64,000 nucleotides of DNA from an uncultured Opitutaceae bacterium. Lineage in GTDB: Bacteria; Verrucomicrobiota; Verrucomicrobiia; Opitutales; Opitutaceae. Below the pieces are notes generated by a model. The model had not been told where the DNA came from. It did no database searches and was given only the letters and a program-made list of their open reading frames with translations. This document shows, one piece after another, positions 1 through 9,600 of this stretch (positions are counted from its first letter, which is position 1; every line of letters starts with the position of its first letter). The translations under genes were made by a program, and so were the position numbers. Location of the stretch: NCBI GenBank assembly GCA_964574435.1, contig CAZNNO010000009.1:3828-67827 (forward strand). The letters are read 5' to 3'.

Positions 1-769
1 CCTCGGCCTCGTTTCCGGCACCCAGCAGGGCCGCCGGCTGGGCATGCTGTGGCTCTCCTTCCTCCTTTTCACCGAGTACTTCTTCGTGGACGACGTCTAT
101 TCGGGCGTCTACGACCGGTTCAACACGACACTCAAGTGGTGGCCCTGGGTGGCGGCGGGCGCCCTGATGACCCTGGGGCCGTTCGTCCTCGAGCAGGCCC
201 GGCGCCGCTGGGTGCGCGTCGCGGGGATCGTCTTCTGCCTCTATCCCTGCTTCTACGCGATCGACCTCGCGAAGGCCTTCGTCGAGGGGCCCAAGCCCTC
301 GGTCGGCCGGATGGAGGGGACCTACTACCTCACCAAGGACGAGTTTCCGCGGCTGATGCTCGGGCGGCTCAAGGTCGAGCCGCCGGGGGTCGTCGTGGAG
401 CGACCCGACAACGCGGGAGGCTTCACCGACTCGGCCGTCATTCCTCTCTTCGCGGGCAAGCGGATGTGGCTCGGGTGGTACGGGCATGAGCTCCTGTGGC
501 GGGAGTTCAGGGAGGATGTGAGGAAGCGCCATGAGGACCTCATCTCGCTCTTCGACGGCGAGATGCCGGATGCGGGCAACTGGCTGCTCGCGCAGGGGAT
601 CGACTACGTGCTCTGGTACCGGCCGGGGGACAGCCCCGAGCTCTGGAAGAAGGTGAATGATTCCGTGTCCCCTGAGTACGTCTGGTGCGACGTCCTCACC
701 TACGAGGACCCCCGCGAAGACGCGAGGCGGGTTGGCCTTTGGAGGCGCGCCCTCGCGCCGGACCCCTGA
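1..769 (+). CDS. Membrane protein, C-terminal part (possibly DUF2298/YYY-like); 5' end lies outside the window
   Basis: The frame is open from position 2 through the listed ORF 44..769 with no stop. Hydrophobic segments are present, and the RFNTTLKWWPW motif resembles DUF2298 membrane proteins. Converges on glf. Confidence 0.4.
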   Translation, partial: LGLVSGTQQGRRLGMLWLSFLLFTEYFFVDDVYSGVYDRFNTTLKWWPWVAAGALMTLGPFVLEQARRRWVRVAGIVFCLYPCFYAIDLAKAFVEGPKPSVGRMEGTYYLTKDEFPRLMLGRLKVEPPGVVVERPDNAGGFTDSAVIPLFAGKRMWLGWYGHELLWREFREDVRKRHEDLISLFDGEMPDAGNWLLAQGIDYVLWYRPGDSPELWKKVNDSVSPEYVWCDVLTYEDPREDARRVGLWRRALAPDP

Positions 770-771
770 GC

Positions 772-1908
772 TCAGGGCCCCGCGTCCCTCAGCTTCTCGT
801 AGGTGTGGAGGGCTGCAGCGACCACCTGGTCCATGTTAAGGTAGCGGTACTGCGCGAGGCGCCCGATGAAGGTCACGCCCGGCACCTTCTCGGCCAGCTC
901 CCGGTAGCGCGTTGCGAGGGAGTCGCTCTCCGGGCCGGGAACGGGGTAATTGGGATCGCTCTCCCCCGGGCGGTACTCCGCGGGGAACTCGCGCACGAGG
1001 TTGGAGGACCGGCTTGTCTGGCCGGTGACGTGCTTGAGCTCGACGGTCCTCGTGAAGGGCTCGGGACCGGGATAGTTCACCTGCAGGACCGGCTGGACGA
1101 ACCCCCCTGCGGGGACCTGGCTCGGGTCCAGCTCCTCCAGCGCGTAGCGCGCGGTCCGGTAGGGCAGGGGCCCGAAGCGGCAATCGAAATACTCGTCGAG
1201 AGGCCCCGAGTAGATCAGGTGCCGGTGGCGGATACGCGGCAGGACGTCGCGGTAGTCGGTCCCGAGCCGCAGGTCGGCCTTCGATGCCTCGAGGAGCGCC
1301 TCGAACATCGGGTGGTAGCCGTGCTTTGGCAGGGCCTGGAATTCGTCGCGGAAATAGCGCTCGTCGAGGCCCGCGTGGATGGGGATCCTCCGGCAGACCG
1401 AGGCGTCAAGGGCCTCGGCCGGTCGTCCCCATTGCTTCTCCGTGTAGCCCTTGTAGAAGAGCTCGTAGAGTTCGACGCCCACGGCCGACAGGATGGCCTC
1501 CTTGGAATTGGACGGGGTGGCGATCGGCACGGCGCTGCGCGCAAGGTACTCCTTGAAGTCGAGCTCCGTCGCCGCCGGATTGCGGCTGAACTGTCGAAAC
1601 GTCCCAAGGTTTATGGGGAAGCTCCAGAACGTGCCCCTCGTGAAAACGTTGACGCGGTACTTGGCGTCGGTCCACTCGGTGAACCGGCTCAGGTAGGCGC
1701 GCACCAGCTCGGAATTTGTGCGGAAATAGTGCGGACCATAGACATGGTAGAAGAGACCGTTGCGGTCCTTGCGGTCGTGGCAGTTCCCGCCTATGTGTTC
1801 GCGCCGCTCGACGACGAGGCAGCTTCGCCCCAGCGAGCCGAGGCGCTCGGCGAGGACGAGGCCCGACAGGCCGGCCCCGACGATCAGGTAGTCATAGCTG
1901 TCGCGCAT
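772..1908 (-). CDS. glf: UDP-galactopyranose mutase
   Basis: ATG at 1908. N-terminal FAD fold DYLIVGAGLSGLVLAERL, then ERREHIGGNCHD, YGPHYF and length about 378 aa, all typical of Glf. Confidence 0.9.
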   Translation of the reverse strand: MRDSYDYLIVGAGLSGLVLAERLGSLGRSCLVVERREHIGGNCHDRKDRNGLFYHVYGPHYFRTNSELVRAYLSRFTEWTDAKYRVNVFTRGTFWSFPINLGTFRQFSRNPAATELDFKEYLARSAVPIATPSNSKEAILSAVGVELYELFYKGYTEKQWGRPAEALDASVCRRIPIHAGLDERYFRDEFQALPKHGYHPMFEALLEASKADLRLGTDYRDVLPRIRHRHLIYSGPLDEYFDCRFGPLPYRTARYALEELDPSQVPAGGFVQPVLQVNYPGPEPFTRTVELKHVTGQTSRSSNLVREFPAEYRPGESDPNYPVPGPESDSLATRYRELAEKVPGVTFIGRLAQYRYLNMDQVVAAALHTYEKLRDAGP

Positions 1909-1912
1909 TCCC

Positions 1913-2731
1913 TCAATGCCCTAGACCAAACAGGTCCCGATGCAATCGCAGCGCCTTGGGTACAAACCCCCACAGGCGCACCGTCGGGTGCCCCCCGATC
2001 CTGTCGCGGAAATGAATGGGCACCTCCTCGAAGCCCTCGGGCTCCAGGAGGAGGGCCATGGCGATGTTCGCCAGGCTGAAGCTTGCCGGAATGCGCCGCG
2101 CCGCCGCGGCGGCGAGCGGAGCGCGGTAAAGGCGGAACGGCACGTTCGTGTCGTTGAGCCTCGTCCCGCGGGCAACCTTGAGCGAGGCGCGCAGGACGCT
2201 GCTGATCACCCTTCGCGCCATCCCGTCGTCCCGGCTCATGCGCCTGCCGTAGACCGCCGCGACCTTCCCCCGCCTCGCCCAGACGCCTGCGAATCCGGCC
2301 GGGTCGCACTGCCCGTCGGAATCAATCTGGAAGATATAGGTGGCGCCCAGCCTGTCGGCCTCAATGTATCCGGCAAGGCAGCTCTGGCCGTGCCCGCGGT
2401 TGGCGTGCCGGTGGACCCGCAGCTCGGGCCAGCCCAGGGCCGAGAGGCGCGCGGGGGTCGCGTCGGTGGACCCGTCGTCGACCACGAGGATGAGAAAGCG
2501 CCCATCGCCGACCGTGCGCGACAGCTCGGCGCGCCACTCCGTCAGGACGGGAACGATCGCGTCCTCCTCGTTGTACACGGGCACGATCAGTACGAGCTCG
2601 GGCTGTGGGTTGGGCACTGTTGAAAGCGCGTTTGGTCCGTGGGACTCGGGCGCCGGAGTTTCGCAGCCGCGCCCGGGCCTAGCAACGCCAATTCCTCGGA
2701 CCGCGCGCCCGCGGCCCCCTGGGCCCCTCAT
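1913..2731 (-). CDS. Family 2 glycosyltransferase
   Basis: LVLIVPVYNEEDAI and VVDDGSTDAT motifs (GT-A fold, DXD region). Lies 4 nt upstream of glf. The start is uncertain: ATG at 2731 gives a 45-aa leader, and GTG near 2617 is an alternative. Confidence 0.85.
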   Translation of the reverse strand: MRGPGGRGRAVRGIGVARPGRGCETPAPESHGPNALSTVPNPQPELVLIVPVYNEEDAIVPVLTEWRAELSRTVGDGRFLILVVDDGSTDATPARLSALGWPELRVHRHANRGHGQSCLAGYIEADRLGATYIFQIDSDGQCDPAGFAGVWARRGKVAAVYGRRMSRDDGMARRVISSVLRASLKVARGTRLNDTNVPFRLYRAPLAAAAARRIPASFSLANIAMALLLEPEGFEEVPIHFRDRIGGHPTVRLWGFVPKALRLHRDLFGLGH

Positions 2732-2765
2732 TTAAAGGAATTTTGACCGCACGGGACCGTCGGAG

Positions 2766-3830
2766 TCAGGGCCCCGCGGTCAGGCTGGGGTAGTCGGTGT
2801 AGCCCTTTGGGCCCGTTCCGTAGAATGTCTCGGGCTGCGGTGCGTTCAGAGCCGCCCCGAGCGCGAAGCGCCTGGGCAGATCCGGGTTGGCGATGAACGG
2901 GGTGCCGAAGGCGACGGCGTCCGCCTCGCCCGCGGCGATCACCTGCTCCGCGGCCTCCCTCGAGAACCTCTCGTTCGCGATGAAGCCCCCGCCGAAGTCG
3001 GCCTTCAGCCTCGGGCCTATCCTGTTTGGGCCAAGCGACTCGCGCGCGCATAGGAAGGCGATCCTGCGCTTGCCGAGCTCGCGTGCGACATAGCCGAAGG
3101 TCGCCAGAGGGTCCGAGTCCCCCATTGACTGGCCGTCGCCCCGCGGAGCAAGGTGCATGCCGACCCGTCCGGCCCCCCAGACCGATATGGCCGCGTCCGT
3201 GACCTCGATCATCAGCCGCGCCCGGTTCTCGATGCTTCCCCCGTAGTCGTCTGTCCTGCGGTTGGATCCGTCCTGGAGAAACTGGTCGAGCAGGTATCCA
3301 TTCGCGCCGTGCACCTCGACGCCGTCGAAACCGGCTGCCTGCGCGTTCTGGGCGCCCTTGCGGTAGGCCCCGACTATGCCCGGCAGCTCGGATGTCTCGA
3401 GTGCGCGCGGCGTGACATAGGGCCTCTGGGGGCGGACGAGCCGCACAAAGCCCGCCGGGGCGATCGCGCTTGGCGCAACGGGCAGCGCCCCTTCGAGGAA
3501 GCACGGGTCGGAGATCCGCCCGACATGCCAGAGCTGCAAAACCATCCTTCCGCCGGCCGCGTGGACCGCGGCCGTGATCGAGCGCCAGCCCGCCACCTGC
3601 TCCGGCGACCAGATGCCAGGCGTGTCCGCGTAACCGACGCCCATGGGCGTCACTGCGGTCGCCTCCGAGATGATCAGCCCGGCGGAGGCCCGCTGCGCGT
3701 AGTACTCGGCCATGAGGGCGTTCGGGACGCGCCCGCCGCCGCCGGCGCGTGCCCGGGTGAGCGGTGCCATCACCACGCGATTGGGCAGTCTGAGCTCGCC
3801 GAGGATCAGGGGATCAAGGAGTCCGGGCAT
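2766..3830 (-). CDS. Old Yellow Enzyme family NADH:flavin oxidoreductase (N-ethylmaleimide reductase-like)
   Basis: ATG at 3830. LRLPNRVVMAPLTRARA, LQLWHVGR, GFDGVEVHGANGYLLDQFL and RTDDYGGS are classic OYE motifs. Confidence 0.9.
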   Translation of the reverse strand: MPGLLDPLILGELRLPNRVVMAPLTRARAGGGGRVPNALMAEYYAQRASAGLIISEATAVTPMGVGYADTPGIWSPEQVAGWRSITAAVHAAGGRMVLQLWHVGRISDPCFLEGALPVAPSAIAPAGFVRLVRPQRPYVTPRALETSELPGIVGAYRKGAQNAQAAGFDGVEVHGANGYLLDQFLQDGSNRRTDDYGGSIENRARLMIEVTDAAISVWGAGRVGMHLAPRGDGQSMGDSDPLATFGYVARELGKRRIAFLCARESLGPNRIGPRLKADFGGGFIANERFSREAAEQVIAAGEADAVAFGTPFIANPDLPRRFALGAALNAPQPETFYGTGPKGYTDYPSLTAGP

Positions 3831-3887
3831 GAGGGTCTGCGTCCAAGAGAGCCGCCTTTCCGCGTTTGTCGAACGCAGCGGCCAGTC

Positions 3888-4376
3888 CTATTCCGAGATA
3901 AGCTCGGCCCCCTCGAGCGCCAGGAGGCGCGTCTTCGTCCGGACGCCGCCCGGACCCGAGAATCCCGTCATCTTCCCCGTGGCCGACACGACCCGGTGGC
4001 ACGGCACTATGAGCGGCCAAGGGTTTGCCGCGAGGGCAGAACCCACCGCGCGGGCGCCGCCGGGGCCGAGCGCGAGCGCCCGGGCGATCTCGCCGTAGCT
4101 TCTCAGGTATCCCGCCCTTATCGAGAGCGCCTGCTGGAGGACCGCCCTCTGGAAAGCGCTGACGATTGACCAATCGATCGCGGTGCCCGAGAAATCCTGC
4201 GGGTCGCCCTCGAGGTGCCGGCGCACCCGCGAGATGACGTCTCGCACCCAGTCCGGCGGGTCGTCCCCGGCGCAGGGGTCCGCGCCCCCGCCGGGAAGGC
4301 GGAAGCGGGAGAGGCCCCGCTCGCTCCACTCCAGGCTGCAGGTGCCGAATGCGGTCAGAAAGCTTGAATGGGACAT
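3888..4376 (-). CDS. ogt: Methylated-DNA--protein-cysteine methyltransferase
   Basis: ATG at 4376. Active-site IVPCHRVV motif, SYGEIA helix-turn-helix region, 162 aa. Confidence 0.9.
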   Translation of the reverse strand: MSHSSFLTAFGTCSLEWSERGLSRFRLPGGGADPCAGDDPPDWVRDVISRVRRHLEGDPQDFSGTAIDWSIVSAFQRAVLQQALSIRAGYLRSYGEIARALALGPGGARAVGSALAANPWPLIVPCHRVVSATGKMTGFSGPGGVRTKTRLLALEGAELISE

Positions 4377-4398
4377 GGCGTGCCTGCTGCCGCCGGCC

Positions 4399-6105
4399 TC
4401 AGGCGGGCACCATCCAGGTCAGGACGTAGGCCTGGAGGTAGACGATCGCCGCCATGACGAGCAGGAGGATGACCGAATGCTTCAATGTGAAGCGGAAGAG
4501 CGAGCCCTCCTCGCCAACCATCCCGGTGGCGGCGCAGGCGACGGCGATCGACTGCGGCGAGATCATCTTGCCCATGACTCCGCCGCTCGTGTTGGCTGCG
4601 CAGGTGAGGAGCGGATTGACGCCCAGCTGCTCGGCCGCCTTTTTCTGCAGGCTCCCGAAGAGCACGTTGCTCGACGTGTCGGAGCCCGTGAGGAACACCC
4701 CGACCCACCCGAGGATCGGCGAGATGAAGGGGAACCACCGGCCGGCCCTCGTCGAGAATATGCCGAGGCAGGGTGTCATGCCGGATGCGTTCATCACGTA
4801 GGCGAGCGCGAGCACCGAGCCGATCGTGACCGCGGGATAGCGCATGTCGTGGAGCGTCTTGCCGAGAAGCCGCAGCGTCCCTGCCGCCCCTGTGCCGCAG
4901 ACGAGCGCCGAAATCAGGGCCGCGATCAGCACGGCCGAGCCGCCGCTGGCAAGGTAATCGAGCTTGAACTTGGCGGGCAGCGGCACGGCCCCGCCCGGGG
5001 TCGACTGCTGCCGAGCGGCGGCCGGCGGCCTGGCGATGGCATTGTCGAGGCCGCTTACGGGGATCAGGAGCGTGCTCCGGTTCAGTGCCGCCTTCACCGG
5101 CGGTACCCCCCAAAGCAGCACCATCGCCGTGAGGGCGATGTAGGGTGACCACGCATGCACGACCTGCGCAGCGGTATAGGAGTGGCGCTCGGCGCCGGAC
5201 ACGGGATCATGGTCGAACCGGAATACCGCCGGCGGCCGCCAGAACCTGAGCAGGACCATCAGGGCGGCCATCGACGCCAGTGAGGACAGGATGTCGGGCA
5301 GGTAGGGCCCGAGGTAGCTCGACACCGCCCACTGGCAGGTCGCGAACGTGGCGCCGCAGGCGGCGACGGCCGGAAGGACCTCGATCGTCCTCCTGAATCC
5401 CGCCATGATGAGGACCAGGTAGGTGGGAAGGATGAGCGAGATGAACGGGAGCTGGTGTCCCACGATGGCCGATAGCTTCATCAAGCCCGCGTCGCTCAGC
5501 CCGATGACACCCCCGAGCGCCACGATCGGGATCCCGATGGTCCCGAAGGCCACCGGCGCCGTGTTCGCCACGAGGCAGATCCCGGCGGCGTAGAAGGGGC
5601 GGAACCCGAGGCCAACAAGCGTCGCGCCCGCGATGGCCACGGGCGCTCCGAAGCCGGCCGCGCCCTCTATGAAGGCCCCGAAGCAGAAGGCGATAAGCAG
5701 CGCCTGCAGCCTGCGGTCGGCCGTGACGCTGGCGAGCGACGCGCGGATGACCTCGAACTGCCCGCTCCTGACCGTTATGTTGAAGAGGAACAGGCTTGCC
5801 AGCACGATGAAGAAAACGGGGAACACGCCGAAGGCGGCGCCCTGGGCGGCGGCGAGCCCTGCGAGCCCTGCCGGCATTCCCCACGCGAAGACCGAGAGGA
5901 GGAGGGCTGTGGAGAGGGCGAGAAGGGACGCGTTGTGGGCCTTCATCCTCAGGACGGCGAGGCAGAAGAAAATGACGGCCAGTGGGACGGCCGCCACCGC
6001 GGCGGACAGGCCCGCGCTTCCCGCGACCGGGGAGTAGGCCTGTATCCAGGGAATGTTTGCGGGGGCCAAGGCGGCAAGGGAAACGCACGCGCCCGTTCGC
6101 GGCAA
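4399..6105 (-). CDS. lctP: L-lactate permease family transporter
   Basis: 568-aa polytopic protein. The N-terminal WIQAYSPVAGS..SAAVAAVPLAVIFFCLAVLRMKAH and the overall pattern resemble LctP/GlcA. The listed start is TTG at 6105; TTG at 6069 is an alternative. Confidence 0.8.
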   Translation of the reverse strand: MPRTGACVSLAALAPANIPWIQAYSPVAGSAGLSAAVAAVPLAVIFFCLAVLRMKAHNASLLALSTALLLSVFAWGMPAGLAGLAAAQGAAFGVFPVFFIVLASLFLFNITVRSGQFEVIRASLASVTADRRLQALLIAFCFGAFIEGAAGFGAPVAIAGATLVGLGFRPFYAAGICLVANTAPVAFGTIGIPIVALGGVIGLSDAGLMKLSAIVGHQLPFISLILPTYLVLIMAGFRRTIEVLPAVAACGATFATCQWAVSSYLGPYLPDILSSLASMAALMVLLRFWRPPAVFRFDHDPVSGAERHSYTAAQVVHAWSPYIALTAMVLLWGVPPVKAALNRSTLLIPVSGLDNAIARPPAAARQQSTPGGAVPLPAKFKLDYLASGGSAVLIAALISALVCGTGAAGTLRLLGKTLHDMRYPAVTIGSVLALAYVMNASGMTPCLGIFSTRAGRWFPFISPILGWVGVFLTGSDTSSNVLFGSLQKKAAEQLGVNPLLTCAANTSGGVMGKMISPQSIAVACAATGMVGEEGSLFRFTLKHSVILLLVMAAIVYLQAYVLTWMVPA

Positions 6106-6188
6106 CCCTTCAGTTCCCCTTGCCGCTGCGCCGAAGGCCGCGCCAAAATCCCTTTGCCCGGCGGCTGGCGCCGGCCCAAGATCCGCCG

Positions 6189-6599
6189 ATGAAGCCGCTA
6201 CGATGGCTGGTGAAGCAGGAGCCCGAGAGCTATTCCTGGGCGCAGTTCGAGCGCGACGGCCGAACGTCGTGGGACGGCGTCCGAAACTACCAGGCGCGAA
6301 ACAACCTCAGGGCAATGCATGCCGGCGACCGCGTTCTCTTCTATTCCAGCGGGGCTATGAAGGCGGTGGTCGGAGTCGCAAGGGTCAGCAGGGCATGCTA
6401 CCCCGATCCGACGTCGGATGAGCCGGCGTGGGTTTCGGTGGAGCTCGAGGCGCAGCGGGCGCTTGCGCGCCCCGTGACCCTCGCCGAGATCAGGGCCGAC
6501 CCGCTCCTTGCCGGGGTCCCCATCGTCCGCAACAGCCGGCTTTCGGTGATGCCGCTCGCGGCCGCTGATTTTGACCGCATCATCCGGCTCGAAGGCTGA
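6189..6599 (+). CDS. EVE (PUA-like) domain protein
   Basis: ATG at 6189 begins MKPLRWLVKQEPESYSWAQFERDGRTSWDGVRNYQARNNLRAMHAGDRVLFY, the canonical EVE-domain N-terminus. The upstream extension of ORF 5982..6599 is Arg/Pro-rich and overlaps lctP. Confidence 0.8.
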   Translation: MKPLRWLVKQEPESYSWAQFERDGRTSWDGVRNYQARNNLRAMHAGDRVLFYSSGAMKAVVGVARVSRACYPDPTSDEPAWVSVELEAQRALARPVTLAEIRADPLLAGVPIVRNSRLSVMPLAAADFDRIIRLEG

Positions 6600-6610
6600 G
6601 GCCGGCTCCG

Positions 6611-9600
6611 TCAGTCGGCCGGACGGCGGACGAGGCGGCCCGATTCCGGCGGCGGCGCCACCTCGGGCTGCTCCTCGGCGAACGCCCGCGTGGGCGCGAG
6701 CGCCTGGCCGGATGCCGTCTGCAGCCTGCCGTCCTTCACCGCCACGTCCTCGACCCGGTAGAGGCGGCCCTCCCTCCGCAGGAACGCATCGAACTCGCCC
6801 GCGTTGAACGGGCGGCTGCCGCGCCTGCCGAAGACCACGGTCTGGTTGCCGGTCTCGTCGACCACCCGGTCGCGATCGAGTCCGCGGCTCACGGCCACGG
6901 CCGCGCCCCGGGTCGGGTAGGTGGCGATCAGCCTCGGGTTCGGGGCCGGGCTGAATCCCATGTAGCCGGGGACGTTCTCGGGCGAGATCATCTGGAGGAC
7001 CCGCAGGCCGTTCTTCCCGTCAGCGACGAGCGCGTACATGGACGCGCTCACGGAGCCGATCTGCACGGCGCGCGTGTCATTGAGCTGCCCGCCGGCGCTG
7101 AAAATCTCCCTGAGGCTCGGGGACGCCGGATTCTTGATGTCCACGATCGCGAGGCCCTCGGAGCCGTCGGCGACATAGAGGTAGGTCCGGGCCGCGTAGA
7201 GGCCCTGCGCATCCCTCAGGGGGACCGTGGCGCCCGCCAGGGGCGCGGGATTGTCCGGGTCGGCCAGGTCGAGGACCTTCACGCCGTCGTCGTCGGTGAC
7301 GAAGGCGTACAGGAACTGGACGGCCAGGCTCCGCGGGTTGCGCAGGAACCCGGCGGGCGTGCGGCCTGTTATCCGCGGCTTCGTCGGGTCGCTCACATCG
7401 ACAACCACGAGGCCCGCGGTGCAGGTCACGTAGAGTCGCCTTCCGGCGACATAGGCGTGCGTCGCCCCGTCGAGCGCGCCGCCGGGGTTGAAGCGCGTGA
7501 CGTCCGAATCCCTGAAGAAGTTGTTCGTGGGATCGCCGTCGAGGAGCGTCCCGACCATCACGTCGACCAGGCCCTCGTAGCGGTCGGTGACGTAGACGTA
7601 ACCGTAGACCAGGCTGATCGGCTGCTCCTCGTTCTCCGGCCGGTGGGTGCGAAGGGGGTCGATGCCGAGCGTGCTGGGAAGGGCCACGCTTGTCGCATAC
7701 TTCGTGCGGACCCAGAGGCGCTGGCCGAGGGGCGAGACCGGGGCCGAGACGATGCGCTCCGAGAAGCCCTTGTTGTCGACATTCGCGACGTCGAATACCT
7801 CGAATCCGCCGGGGCCGTTGGCCGTGTACAGGTACTCGCCGCGCAGCGTGAGGTCCCTGATGTCCTCGCCGTCGTGGTGCCAGCCCTCCTTGAGGACGCC
7901 CGCGTTGGCCTCGACATGCAGCCTGTAGTTGTCCGGATACGCGAGGCGCTGGAGGTGGCTGCCCAGGGGCGCCTGGGGCTCCTCGCGCTCCGTCCACGCG
8001 ACGGCGTCAAAGCCGTCGCGCCCGGAGCCGACATAGGCGTAGCGTCCGAAGAAGTTGACCGTGCCCGTCCCGAAGCCGAGCAGCTGGGTCACCCAGGCAT
8101 TGTTGTCGTTCGAGGCGGACAGGTGGCAATCCGTGCAGTTCTTCGTCGTGCCCACCGAGCTTGTCGTGTGGGGGAAATGCGGGTTGAAGGCCTGGCCTGA
8201 GTAGCCCTCCGCCGATATGGTCTGCTGCTGAGAATAGATCCATTCGCGGTTGGCGTTCTGCGATCCCACGATGACCGCGCTCGACGAGCGCAGGACGGCC
8301 AGGCGGTTCCCCTTGTAGGTGGCGTCCTTGCCGAGCATGAACACGTCGTCGCGCACGACCTGGGGGTTGTAGCTCGTGTAGTTGCGCGTGGTCGTCCCCT
8401 CGAACTTGTTGGCCTGGACCATCTTGTTTGCGCGCATCGGCAGGTGGCAGCCGAAGCAGCTCGTCGCCCATGACGTGTGGCATATCTGGCACGAGATATT
8501 GGAATTTGCGTGGGCAAGCTGCTCGGAGATGATGACGGGGTTCGCGGGCACGTCGCCCCACGTTACCCCGTCCCGCCGCAGGGTCTTCGCGTAGGCGGAC
8601 TTCGGGTTGTAATGCTCCGAGGCGGGGTTGATCGTGTCGATAGTCTGCGGGACCTCCCAGACCACGTCGGGGGTCATCATCGAGCGCTGGTAGAGCCGGC
8701 GCCCGACCCAGAAGAACCTGGGTCCCCACGGCGTGGAGCCCTTGGACAGGTCGGACGGCTCGACTTTTCCGTCCTCAAAGGTCCCGGAATTGCCCGTGGT
8801 CACCAGCGTCGGCCTCCGCTCTACGGTGCCGTGGCAGTCGATGCACTCGATTGCGGTCGCAGCGCGCGGTTCGCCGTAGAGCAGCCCGTTGCCGTGCACA
8901 TCGGTCCCGAAGTGGCAGTCGACGCACTGCATGCCGCGCGCAAGATGGACGTCCTTCAGGTGCACTGCCTTCGTGAACTTCGCGGGGTCGTCGTGGTCGA
9001 TGGGCTTGTCGTCGAGCGTGAGGAGGTTGCCCTCGCGATCCTTCTTGAATACGGCGCGGAACACCCATCCGTGGCCATGGTAGTCGGCAAACTGGGTCTG
9101 CTTCAGCTTGGGATTGAGCTCGGCTACCTTCTCCAGGAAGTCGGGATCGCCCCAGAGGCCCCTCGCCGCGGCAGCCTCGGGGTTGCGCTGCAGCGAAGCC
9201 GCCACCTCGGCCTCCGTCGGGTTCCTCTGGGAGGCCGGGTACATGAATTCGCCGTCGCTCTCCTGGTCCCACCAGATGTAGCCGAGAAAGGGGTTAACAA
9301 ACAGGTTGCCCTGGTGCATGTGGCAGGTGATGCACTGGCTCGACGGGATGCTGCGCGTGAACTGGTGGCGGATCGGGTGGGCCTTCTCGCGCTTGGAGAT
9401 CATGGGGTCGCCAGTGAAGCTGAGTCCCTGGTTGCCGTACTTGGACCACCAGCCGGAATTGGTCGGCGACCGGTCGTTCGCATAGACAACATGGCAGGCG
9501 GCGCAGCCCGACGAGCGGTAGTCGCCCGGGTGGTCGTTCGAGCCCATGAAGCCGAGGAGGGGATCGTGCAGCCGGGTCTTCTGAAGGTTGAGGAACACGG

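Noticed and set aside
6596-6625. Short GGCCG...CGGCC hairpin between the convergent EVE and cytochrome genes as a bidirectional terminator
   Set aside because: The stem is only 5 bp with an 11-nt loop and there is no U-tract. Too weak to report as a terminator.
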